A DNA stretch of 64,000 bases from Akkermansia sp. (GTDB lineage Bacteria > Verrucomicrobiota > Verrucomicrobiia > Verrucomicrobiales > Akkermansiaceae): positions 29,019-93,018 of the forward strand of contig JAZRBU010000028.1 of the NCBI GenBank assembly GCA_045635265.1, read 5' to 3'. The notes under the pieces were generated by a model. That model was given only the letters and a program-made list of their open reading frames with translations. It did no database searches and was not told where the DNA came from. Positions within the stretch are counted from its first letter, which is position 1, and the number at the start of each line of letters is the position of its first letter. Positions 17,862-26,417 of this stretch are shown here, piece after piece. The position numbers were made by a program, and so were the translations under genes.

Positions 17862-19787
17862 TTACTGCTTATCTGCCGGTTTTTCAGGTTGCAGGGCGGG
17901 GCGAATGAGGCGAGCAGAGATTTCTGCCGTAACAGCCTCTACAAAGGCATCCACGGTCATGGTGCCGATGACGTCCAGCTCACGGTGGCGGATGGAAACA
18001 AGCCCCTGCTCTGCCTCTCGCTGACCAACCACGACCATGTAGGGAACGCGGTCCAGACGGGCATTGCGAATCTTGGCGCCAATCTTGTCCGGGTCGGCAT
18101 CCAGCTTGACGCGGACGCGGGCTTCAGCCAGCTTTGTGCGCACCATTTCGGCAAAGTCTGCCACTTTGTCAGAGATGGGCAGCACGCGCACCTGCTCAGG
18201 GGCGAGCCAGGTGGGGAACTTGCCGGCAAAATGCTCAATGAGCAAGCCGGTGAAACGCTCCATGGAGCCGAAGGGGGCACGGTGAATCATCACCGGACGG
18301 TGCGGCTTGTTGTCTGCGCCGGTGTAGGAGAGGTCAAAGCGCTCCGGCAGGTTGTAGTCCACCTGCACGGTGCCCAGCTGCCAGTCACGGCCGATGACAT
18401 CGCGCACGATGAAATCAATCTTGGGACCGTAGAAGGCGGCCTCGTTCTCTGCCTCGATATACTCGAAACCGCTTTCGGAGAGCACCTCGCGGAGGGCGGT
18501 CTCTGCCAGTTTCCAGTTTTCAAAGGTACCGACGTACTTCGGGTCTGTATAATCCTTATCGCGCAGGGAAAGACGGACGCGGAAATCAGTCATCTCCAGC
18601 GTGCCGAGGATGTGCTTCACGATACCGATGCACTGTGCCACTTCTTCCTTAATCTGGTCGGGACGGCAGAAGATGTGGGCATCATCCTGCGTGAAGCCGC
18701 GCACGCGGGTCATGCCGCCCAGCTCGCCGCTCTGCTCCCAGCGGTACACGGTACCGAACTCTGCCAGACGCACGGGGAGGTCACGGTAAGAATGCGGCTC
18801 ATTGGCATAGATGCGGATGTGGTGCGGGCAATTCATGGGTTTGAGCATGAAGCCCGTGATGGTGCGGGTATCCAGTGCGTTGAAGAGGTCGGCGCAGCTG
18901 GCGTTCTCATCGCGCAGTTTCTTGAAGTCGTCCGGATCGGGAATGGGCGGGAACTGGCTTTCCTTATAGTGCTCCCAGTGACCGGAAGTCATGTACAGGT
19001 CCAGTTTGCCGATGTGGGGGGTGAACACCTGGGAGTAGCCGATGCGGTCCAGCTCCTCCGTGATGAAATCCTGAAGCTCGCGGCGGATGATGGAGCCCTT
19101 GGGCTTCCACAGCACAAGGCCCTGCCCCACCATCTCATCAATGGTAAAGAGTCCCATCTCTCGGCCAAGCTTGCGGTGGTCGCGCTTGCGGGCTTCCTCC
19201 AGACGGGCGAGGTGTTCGTCCAGCTGGGTGCGGTTCGGGAAACAGGTACCGTAAACTCGCTGCAGACGCGGGCCGTTGGCATCGCCCTGGTAATAGGCGG
19301 AGGCAACGCTCATCACCTTGAATGCCTTGCAATTACCGGTGCGGCCCACGTGCGGTCCGGCGCAGAGGTCGGTAAAATCACCGTTGCGGTAGATGGAGAT
19401 TTCCTCACCCTCGGGAATGCGGTTCAGGAGGTCCACCTTGAACTTGGAAGCCACATCACGCGGGCCTACGGAACCCAGCTCGCCGCTCTGAGCCATCTGC
19501 ATGGCCTCATCACGGGAAATGGTAGTTCGCTCAAAGGTCTGGTTCTCCTTGACAATTTTCTTCATCTCCGCCTCAATCAGCTCAAACTCGGCGGTGGTGA
19601 TGTTGTGATCCAGCTCAATATCATAGTAGAAGCCGTTCTCAATGGCGGGGCCGGCGGCAAGCTGGGCCTGGGGCCAGATACGGCAAATGGCAGCAGCCAG
19701 AACGTGTGCGCAGGAGTGACGCAGACGCTCCAGATCGCTGGCCTGATTTCTTTCCTCCAGTGTCTTTCGTTCTTTCTGTTCAGACAT
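17862..19787 (-). CDS. thrS: Threonyl-tRNA synthetase
   Basis: RHSCAHVLA (editing/second additional domain), class II motifs, and HRAPFGSMERF. Confidence 0.95.
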   Translation of the reverse strand: MSEQKERKTLEERNQASDLERLRHSCAHVLAAAICRIWPQAQLAAGPAIENGFYYDIELDHNITTAEFELIEAEMKKIVKENQTFERTTISRDEAMQMAQSGELGSVGPRDVASKFKVDLLNRIPEGEEISIYRNGDFTDLCAGPHVGRTGNCKAFKVMSVASAYYQGDANGPRLQRVYGTCFPNRTQLDEHLARLEEARKRDHRKLGREMGLFTIDEMVGQGLVLWKPKGSIIRRELQDFITEELDRIGYSQVFTPHIGKLDLYMTSGHWEHYKESQFPPIPDPDDFKKLRDENASCADLFNALDTRTITGFMLKPMNCPHHIRIYANEPHSYRDLPVRLAEFGTVYRWEQSGELGGMTRVRGFTQDDAHIFCRPDQIKEEVAQCIGIVKHILGTLEMTDFRVRLSLRDKDYTDPKYVGTFENWKLAETALREVLSESGFEYIEAENEAAFYGPKIDFIVRDVIGRDWQLGTVQVDYNLPERFDLSYTGADNKPHRPVMIHRAPFGSMERFTGLLIEHFAGKFPTWLAPEQVRVLPISDKVADFAEMVRTKLAEARVRVKLDADPDKIGAKIRNARLDRVPYMVVVGQREAEQGLVSIRHRELDVIGTMTVDAFVEAVTAEISARLIRPALQPEKPADKQ

Positions 19788-19884
19788 ATTGTACTTGGTG
19801 AAGCTTTAATATGACCCTTTTGCGCTCATTTTTCAAGCTTAATCAGTGCCACATTGCATAAAATGTCTTAAAAATCCTTATTTC

Positions 19885-20772
19885 TCAGGCATCTTTCTTA
19901 AACCCGGGAAGCCCGATACGCAGGGCTCTGCGCTTTGTTCGTCCGGAATTGAGCCTATTCTTCATGCGGCTCAGACAAGGGAAGCAGAACCGAACAATGC
20001 CGCGGATGGACCAGGCCGAGCGCGGCGGCAGGGTGCTGGACATCTCTGCCCCGGAAACGCCGGTAAGCGCAATATCCGATGGCTCGTCTCCCTGTCGGGC
20101 CACCTGCGGATAGAGGGCGTATATTCTCACGCCGGGCAACAGAGCGATAAAATCCCGGTACAAAACATCCACCGCCTTGTACTCAGAAATCCATTCCCAC
20201 ACATTATCGTTGGTAGGCAGGTAATTCAACACCGTTTCATACATGGACTTGGGTACCACATAAGCATGCGTTGCCAGCACCCCGGCCACGCGCCACACCT
20301 CTGCACCCTCTCCCTTTCGGATGCGGTAGCCCAATGGCTCCGGCTGGTTATACCCCAAGTAGAAAAAGTATTTTTCCGTGACGGGGGGCAGACTTTCAGC
20401 CAAGCAGTCAATGGCAGCGTTTTCCAGCGAGAATCGCACATCATCTTCCAGAATCAGCACGTTGTCCCACCCCTTATCCTGAGCATATTGAATGGCAATG
20501 CGATGAGACAATGCACAACCTGCGGTACCGCCCCAGAACGGTGCGCGCTCCACCCCTCGGTCCGTAAACCACGGTTTCTCACCGTAACCCGGCCACGTCT
20601 GTCCGTTCACGGCATCAATACGATGCAGTTTACCTTCCGGAATGGTCGCACCGATTTTTTTCTGAAAATTCTCCCAACGCCCTACGCTGGATTTCAGGTT
20701 AATCACCAGAACCCCATCGAACAGATTCCAGAATTTATTATAATCCGGTGTCTGAGAACTGTCAGTCTGCAT
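19885..20772 (-). CDS. Glycosyltransferase family 25-like (LPS/LOS biosynthesis type)
   Basis: VINLKSSVGRWENFQKK...IDAVNG, CALSHRIAIQYA and LILEDDVRF, which together match the GT25 pattern. Confidence 0.65.
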   Translation of the reverse strand: MQTDSSQTPDYNKFWNLFDGVLVINLKSSVGRWENFQKKIGATIPEGKLHRIDAVNGQTWPGYGEKPWFTDRGVERAPFWGGTAGCALSHRIAIQYAQDKGWDNVLILEDDVRFSLENAAIDCLAESLPPVTEKYFFYLGYNQPEPLGYRIRKGEGAEVWRVAGVLATHAYVVPKSMYETVLNYLPTNDNVWEWISEYKAVDVLYRDFIALLPGVRIYALYPQVARQGDEPSDIALTGVSGAEMSSTLPPRSAWSIRGIVRFCFPCLSRMKNRLNSGRTKRRALRIGLPGFKKDA

Positions 20773-20775
20773 AAT

Positions 20776-21195
20776 TTATTTACCGAGATTTTCCCGGATA
20801 CTGGTTGTAGAACGCACCGGCAAGGCTCCGTGGGGAATGCGCTTGCTGGTCACATACTTGATTCCCTTCGACTCCACAAACGCCTTCTTCTCATCACTGG
20901 TACCGTCGGCGTTCACGAAGAAAATATCCGGCTTTACCTCATCCAGCAGTGGCGCAAAATCCAGATGTTTGCCGGTATCAGGGCCAATGTAAACTTTTTT
21001 CACAAAACGAATAGACTCAAGCATATATTTACGCTCGTCCTCCGTATACATAGTCTTGCGGTTCTTGAGTGCCATGACAGTGGCATCCGAACCGATGGAA
21101 ACGTACACATCTCCGTAGCCGGCAGCTTCCTCAAGGAAAGCTATATGACCACTGTGCAAAACATCAAAACATCCTGATACAAAAACCTTAGGCAT
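20776..21195 (-). CDS. Cytidylyltransferase-like nucleotidyltransferase (TagD/RfaE-II type)
   Basis: HxGH motif: SGCFDVLHSGHIAFL. 139 aa. Confidence 0.75.
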   Translation of the reverse strand: MPKVFVSGCFDVLHSGHIAFLEEAAGYGDVYVSIGSDATVMALKNRKTMYTEDERKYMLESIRFVKKVYIGPDTGKHLDFAPLLDEVKPDIFFVNADGTSDEKKAFVESKGIKYVTSKRIPHGALPVRSTTSIRENLGK

Positions 21196-21225
21196 ATTCG
21201 TTTATGAGTTGAGGGTGAAACATTA

Positions 21226-22386
21226 TTATTCAATCACGCCGCGGTCACGAAGACGCTGCAGGTACTTGGGAGCCCATTCCACGGGCTCATCCTTACCAAA
21301 CGTGCGGCAATAAGGCTCAATGGGATACATATCCTCGCATGCTTCCAGAGCTTCCTCTCGGGCTTCCGGAGTCTCATACAGGTAAACAGCATAACCGCCG
21401 TGACCGCCGCCGCAATACTTATGTGCCAGGCAGTCGCCGATTTTCGGCAGCGGAGCCATACCTTCCGCCAGCTGCAGCTTGTAGCTCATCTGCACGCCGA
21501 TGGCAAGCACGGCAACATCCTGCTCCTGAATACCGAGACGAGCCACGCGCGCAGCTTTGGCAATCTTGTCGAACTGACGCACCAGCCCCGCCAATCCGGG
21601 AGTGTTATGCTCAATACGGGTATCATATACTGCCATGCGCCCACGGAGGAAATCCCCTGTATTCTTGAAATCCAATACCGGCTTGGGTCCGGACTTCCAC
21701 ACGCAGGCACCGGTCTCTGCAATAACGGCCGGGTCCTGCCAGCCGACCCCCAATCCAAGCTCCGACGCCACGGGGTCCCAACCGTTCAGCACGCTCCAGC
21801 CGCCGCTGCCGCCCATACCGGCACCCTTGCGGTACAGCCACTCTTTGAGTGACACCGTGGGAGACACGGAACAATTAACCACATACTCCCCGGGAATGGC
21901 GTTCTCCGGCACATCCAGCCAGCCGCCGGCAAAATCAACACGCAGAGGGGCATGGGTGGGAGCCTTGATGCGATCCAGCATCGCCGTACTGCTGGCAGAC
22001 TTGCCCTCCGGTGCGGCTTTTTCCAACACGACAAACTCCACTCCGTTTTCCTCACAGAATCGGCGTTTTGCATCCTTGTAGCGGTCATCCGTGGTCACAG
22101 CCAGAACATCCGGCTTCACCTGCAGGAAGGCTGACTTAAAGGAAAGAGCCTTATCCTCATCTGTGGACAGCACAACCTCATCCACCTGTTCCAGAGAGGA
22201 AATCACGGACATTTTGTCCGCGTCATCAAGCAGAGACTTGCGTCCATACAGCTCCCACAGCAAATCAGACGGAGGGAAAGACACAATCAGATAATCTCCA
22301 AGTGCTCTTGCATCCTGAAAAAACTTGATATGGCCTGCATGCAGCACATGAAATGCACCGGATACGAATACTTTTTTCTTTTCCAT
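21226..22386 (-). CDS. Fusion: cytidylyltransferase-like domain + GHMP-type sugar kinase domain
   Basis: N-terminus SGAFHVLHAGHIKFF (HxGH). C-terminal half LRVDFAGGWLDVPE, GAGMGGSGGWS (GHMP motif II-like) and GGGHGGYAVYL. Confidence 0.65.
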   Translation of the reverse strand: MEKKKVFVSGAFHVLHAGHIKFFQDARALGDYLIVSFPPSDLLWELYGRKSLLDDADKMSVISSLEQVDEVVLSTDEDKALSFKSAFLQVKPDVLAVTTDDRYKDAKRRFCEENGVEFVVLEKAAPEGKSASSTAMLDRIKAPTHAPLRVDFAGGWLDVPENAIPGEYVVNCSVSPTVSLKEWLYRKGAGMGGSGGWSVLNGWDPVASELGLGVGWQDPAVIAETGACVWKSGPKPVLDFKNTGDFLRGRMAVYDTRIEHNTPGLAGLVRQFDKIAKAARVARLGIQEQDVAVLAIGVQMSYKLQLAEGMAPLPKIGDCLAHKYCGGGHGGYAVYLYETPEAREEALEACEDMYPIEPYCRTFGKDEPVEWAPKYLQRLRDRGVIE

Positions 22387-22408
22387 TCGATAATAAGTAG
22401 TGTTAAAA

Positions 22409-22837
22409 TTATTTCAAAAGCCCCAGCCAGCGGTAAAATGCACCGCTCAGGCCGGATTCATGGGCATCTGCCACGGGTGTTTTCTGCTCAGCGGGAGTCT
22501 GAGCGGCAATCCCGCTGCGGCTCACCAGCCAGCGGTGCAGGAGAGGCACCGCTACGGCGGAAAGCAACTGGAGTGCCACGGTCCGCCCACTCATTTCTCG
22601 CTCCAACGCCTGTTTCTTTTTCCGGCGCGCGGCAATTCTGGAGCTCACCACACCGGCGGCCACCAGCCCCGCCAGTGCAACACCGGATGCCTTGAGCACC
22701 CCTGCAGAGACAGGCAATGCCCTCACGCAGCCTGTCACCCCACGGCGAACAGCCTCCGTTGCATCCACTGCCCGCACGCGTGAAGCCGCAACCCGTGTCA
22801 GGGCTTGCTGTCGGGCTTGATCATTAACTTGAGACAT
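22409..22837 (-). CDS. Hypothetical membrane protein (YqjK-like position)
   Basis: Third gene of a yqjD/yqjE-like string. One hydrophobic segment. The start is uncertain because it overlaps the upstream gene by 40 nt. Confidence 0.4.
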   Translation of the reverse strand: MSQVNDQARQQALTRVAASRVRAVDATEAVRRGVTGCVRALPVSAGVLKASGVALAGLVAAGVVSSRIAARRKKKQALEREMSGRTVALQLLSAVAVPLLHRWLVSRSGIAAQTPAEQKTPVADAHESGLSGAFYRWLGLLK

Positions 22838-23235
22838 TGCTTATCGTTCTTTAATTCCTGAATTGTTGCGGGTGCAAAAGGTACTCTGCCATATTTGCGG
22901 GCAAGCTTCAGCAACAAAATACCGCTGCCCAGCAACAGGCACAGCACTGCTGCCAGAGCACCTATCCAACCGAGCCATATCTCCAGCACCACGCACAACA
23001 ACGCGCAACCTACCAGATACGCACCGGCCAGCAACACACACCCGGCAGCCAGCAGGCACGCCCGGCGCACCTGCAGCCCGGCATACTCCTGCAGCTCAAC
23101 AGCAAACAGTTCTGCAAGCGAGCCCAGATGATCTGACACCTGTGCCGCCACGGCACGCACCCCCGCCAAGGCAGCTACTGCCTGCCTCTTACACTCAGAA
23201 GGCTCCGGAGAGGTCTTTTTGAATAACCCGAACAT
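22798..23235 (-). CDS. YqjE-like (phage-holin_3_6-type) inner-membrane protein
   Basis: Trimmed to MFGLFKKT. Two long hydrophobic helices. Follows a DUF883 gene, as in the E. coli yqjD-yqjE arrangement. Confidence 0.5.
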   Translation of the reverse strand: MFGLFKKTSPEPSECKRQAVAALAGVRAVAAQVSDHLGSLAELFAVELQEYAGLQVRRACLLAAGCVLLAGAYLVGCALLCVVLEIWLGWIGALAAVLCLLLGSGILLLKLARKYGRVPFAPATIQELKNDKQCLKLMIKPDSKP

Positions 23236-23310
23236 ACTGCTGTCTGCACGGCACACGCTGTGCGGTCACCGCGCGGCGGCAACCACACAGCCTGCTCAAA
23301 ACTTTCGCAA

Positions 23311-23640
23311 TCAGCGCTTGGATACACCAAGCAGCAAACCGACGAGCACGCCGACGCCGAGAGCGCCCAGCATGGAGCCGGTGGGATTTTCCTTCACGTA
23401 GGCCTCACCGGCCTTGTGCAGTTCCTTGGCCTTGCTGCAAGTCACATCCCAACCCTCATTGACCTGCTTACGAGCCTGAGCTGTATAACCGCGCACGCTG
23501 TCCATCTGCTCAACAGCCACGGCGCGAAGCTTCTCATACTGCTCGCAGGCATACTTGCGGGCAGCAGTCAGGCGATCGCAGGCATCTGCAGTGGGAGCAG
23601 GAGCCGGCACCGGAGTCTCGATTTTTTCTTCGTTTTCCAT
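23311..23640 (-). CDS. DUF883 (ElaB/YqjD family) membrane-anchored ribosome-associated protein
   Basis: About 109 aa. Helical N-terminal part and the C-terminal anchor NPTGSMLGALGVGVLVGLLLG typical of ElaB/YqjD. Confidence 0.7.
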   Translation of the reverse strand: MENEEKIETPVPAPAPTADACDRLTAARKYACEQYEKLRAVAVEQMDSVRGYTAQARKQVNEGWDVTCSKAKELHKAGEAYVKENPTGSMLGALGVGVLVGLLLGVSKR

Positions 23641-23880
23641 GATTAAGTTATGATTCTGATTTTCCAGAAAAGGTTCAATCCCGGGAGCACTAAGCTCCCG
23701 CGTACCCTACTATATACCACACAGCTCAAAGGAAAGCAAGCAATCAACGCAAAATTATGACGTTTTTCCTAATCCGTTTGAACTTTCCCGCTTCCCTGCT
23801 CCATTTTTGCGTCTGCGCGCATTATTGCCTTGCCTTTACCGCGCGGGTGCGTTATAATGCCACAGCTTCAAATAACTGGC

Positions 23881-25017
23881 ATGAAAGCAATTCTTGCACT
23901 CGAAAACGGAATTATCTTCGAAGGCACCTCTTTCGGTGCCACTGGTACTGTCACCGGCGAACTCGCCTTTAACACAGCCGTTGTAGGCTATCAGGAGCTC
24001 ATCACTGACCCCTCCTGGAAAGGACTCTTCCTCACCTACACATACTCCCACATCGGCAGCTACGGCATTAACGAGGAAGACAATGAGAGCGATCGCGCGC
24101 AGGCTGCAGCCGTCATTGCAACCGAACTTTCCCGCCTGCATTCCAACTGGCGCTCCACAGAATCCCTGAGCGACTGGCTTGCCCGCTACGGTGTACCCGG
24201 CATTGAAGGTGTAGACACCCGCAAGCTCACCCTCATCATCCGCGAGCAGGGCTCCATGCGTGCCTGCATCACCACCGAACTGAGCGCAGAGGAAGCCGTC
24301 GCCGCAGCTAAAGCCGCGCCCTCCATCTCCGAAACCGCTCCGGTGAGCGCCGTTTCCACCGCCGAGCCCTACCATTGGGACGGCGAATCCCGCGGCTGGA
24401 AACTGCCGAACAAATCCCGCGGCGACCTGTCCTACTACACGGAGCTTCCCGCAGCCACCCGCAAAGCCGTAGTGCTTGATTTGGGCGTCCAGCGCAGCGT
24501 GCTGGCCACCCTCCGCCGAGACGGGTTCGACCTCACCGTTGTGCCGGCTGCCACTTCTGCAGAGAATATCCTGGCTCTGGGCGCAGACGGCCTCTTCATT
24601 TCCCACGGCCCCGGCTCCCCCGAGGCTCTCTCCGGCGTTGTCGCAGAAGTAACGAAACTCATCGGCAAGCTGCCCATTTATGCTATGGGGCTGGGTCACC
24701 AGGTGCTTGCCATGGCTATGGGCTGCAAGAGCGTGAAGCTTCCCTTCGGTCACCACGGCGGCAACTACGCTGTACGAGACCTCCGCAGCGACGCCGTCTC
24801 CATCACCACGCAGAACAACTTCTATGCCGTAGAGGCAGACTCTGTCACCGGCGACGCCGTCATCACCCACACCAACCTGAGTGACAGCACCGTGGCAGGC
24901 GTGGCCTCCAAGAGCGCACCCGCTGCAGGCGTGCAGTTCCTGCCCGTTCCTCCTCCCACCGGTGAGCCCCGCATCTTTGCAGAGTTCATCGATATGGTTG
25001 ACTCCTTCAAGAAATAA
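23881..25017 (+). CDS. carA: Carbamoyl-phosphate synthase small-subunit homologue with degenerate glutaminase triad
   Basis: Trimmed to the ATG at 23881. The N-terminal CPSase_sm_chain is well conserved (GATGTVTGELAFNTAVVGYQELITDPSW). In the GATase part, AMGLGHQ replaces GICLGHQ and QFLPV replaces QGHPE. Confidence 0.8.
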   Translation: MKAILALENGIIFEGTSFGATGTVTGELAFNTAVVGYQELITDPSWKGLFLTYTYSHIGSYGINEEDNESDRAQAAAVIATELSRLHSNWRSTESLSDWLARYGVPGIEGVDTRKLTLIIREQGSMRACITTELSAEEAVAAAKAAPSISETAPVSAVSTAEPYHWDGESRGWKLPNKSRGDLSYYTELPAATRKAVVLDLGVQRSVLATLRRDGFDLTVVPAATSAENILALGADGLFISHGPGSPEALSGVVAEVTKLIGKLPIYAMGLGHQVLAMAMGCKSVKLPFGHHGGNYAVRDLRSDAVSITTQNNFYAVEADSVTGDAVITHTNLSDSTVAGVASKSAPAAGVQFLPVPPPTGEPRIFAEFIDMVDSFKK

Positions 25018-25049
25018 ACACCGCCCCTCGGGCCCAATCACATTACATC

Positions 25050-26324
25050 ATGAACACACTCGTTATCGGCTCCCAGTGGGGCGATGAAGGCAAAGGCAAG
25101 GTCATCGACTTCCTGACTGAAACCGCCGACTTCGTTATCCGCAGCCAGGGCGGCAGCAATGCCGGCCACACGGTCATTGCCAACGGCAAGAAATACGTCC
25201 TCCACCTGGTACCCTCCGGCATTCTGTGGCCGGGCAAGGTAAACGTCATCGGCAACGGCGTTGTCATCAACCCCACCTCTCTGGTGGAAGAAATGACCTA
25301 CCTGCGCGATCTCGGCGTCTCCATCACCCCGGAGAACCTCATCATCTCTGACCGCGCTCATGTGGTGCTGCCCATCCACAAGGAAATTGATGCCGCCCAG
25401 GAAGAAGCTCTCGGCGAGCACAAAATCGGCACCACCAAGCAGGGTATCGGACCCACCTATGCCGACAAGGCACGCCGTATCGGCATCCGCATGATTGACC
25501 TTGCAGACCCCGACCGTCTCCGCAAGGTGCTGGAAGCCCGAATCGAGACCGCCAATGATGAGCTGGCTCGTCTTGGCTGGCCCAAGGCAGATCCGCAGGT
25601 GACTCTGGATGCCGTGATGGCTGCAGCCGATGTTCTGCGCCCGCACATCACCAACACCATCCCCACCGTCAACAAGGCTATCAAGGCCGGTAAGACCGTT
25701 CTCTTTGAGGGTGCTCAGGGTGCCATGCTCGACATCGATTTCGGCACCTACCCCTTCGTCACCAGCTCCAACACCAGCGCCGGCGGCTGCTGCACCGGCT
25801 CCGGCGTGGCCCCGACCCGCATCGACAAGATTATCGGCGTATGCAAGGCTTACACCACCCGCGTGGGTGAAGGCCCCATGGTCACGGAAGATGCCGAGAT
25901 TGCCGATTACCTGCACGGCCTCGGCCGTGAGTTCGGCGCCACGACAGGCCGTCCCCGCCGCTGCGGCTGGGCAGACGGCGTAGTGCTGCGCTACTCTGCC
26001 ATGTTCAACGGCTTTGACGAGATGGCCATGACCAACCTCGACGGGCTCGATGAGTGCGACTCCATCAAGATTTGCACCGGTTACCGCTGCGGTGATGAGG
26101 TGCTGGAGTATCCCCCCGCCCTCATGGACGACTGGGCCAAGTGTGAGCCCGTGTATGAGTCCGTTCCCGGTTGGAAGCAGGACATCTCCAAGTGCACCAC
26201 ATGGGAAGAGCTTCCTGAGGCCTGCAAGGCATACGTCAAGCGCTTCGGTGAGGTCATCGGCTGCCCCGTAGGCACCGTGGGCGTAGGCCCCGACCGCGAG
26301 CAGACTATCAATGTTCCCCTGTAA
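25050..26324 (+). CDS. purA: Adenylosuccinate synthetase
   Basis: GSQWGDEGKGK, GTTKQGIGPTYADK, YTTRVGEGP and GATTGRPRRCGW. Confidence 0.95.
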   Translation: MNTLVIGSQWGDEGKGKVIDFLTETADFVIRSQGGSNAGHTVIANGKKYVLHLVPSGILWPGKVNVIGNGVVINPTSLVEEMTYLRDLGVSITPENLIISDRAHVVLPIHKEIDAAQEEALGEHKIGTTKQGIGPTYADKARRIGIRMIDLADPDRLRKVLEARIETANDELARLGWPKADPQVTLDAVMAAADVLRPHITNTIPTVNKAIKAGKTVLFEGAQGAMLDIDFGTYPFVTSSNTSAGGCCTGSGVAPTRIDKIIGVCKAYTTRVGEGPMVTEDAEIADYLHGLGREFGATTGRPRRCGWADGVVLRYSAMFNGFDEMAMTNLDGLDECDSIKICTGYRCGDEVLEYPPALMDDWAKCEPVYESVPGWKQDISKCTTWEELPEACKAYVKRFGEVIGCPVGTVGVGPDREQTINVPL

Positions 26325-26352
26325 AGGAATAACAAACGCATTTAAACAAAGA

Positions 26353-26384
26353 ACCGCGTCCGAAAGGGCGCGGTTTTTTGTTTG
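26353..26384 (+). terminator. Intrinsic terminator after purA (possibly bidirectional)
   Basis: accgcgtcc-gaaa-gggcgcggt followed by ttttttgtttg. Confidence 0.8.
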
Positions 26385-26417
26385 TGCTTACAGGCAGCGA
26401 CAACTCAGCGCGCAGCC

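Noticed and set aside
17808-19814. 668-codon plus-strand ORF
   Set aside because: It is an antisense shadow of thrS. The same reasoning applies to the following ORFs, all of which lie opposite well-supported genes: 108..1064, 1107..2192, 5462..6556, 8880..9821, 9637..10512, 19846..21177, 23836..25041, 25038..25916, 46114..47349, 53387..53995, 55277..56260, 57908..58879 and 62563..63657.
22798-22837. 40-nt overlap between the YqjE-like and downstream ORFs as a possible frameshift or fusion
   Set aside because: Both frames have independent plausible starts and stops, and there is no slippery sequence. The overlap more likely reflects an over-extended start call for 22409..22837.
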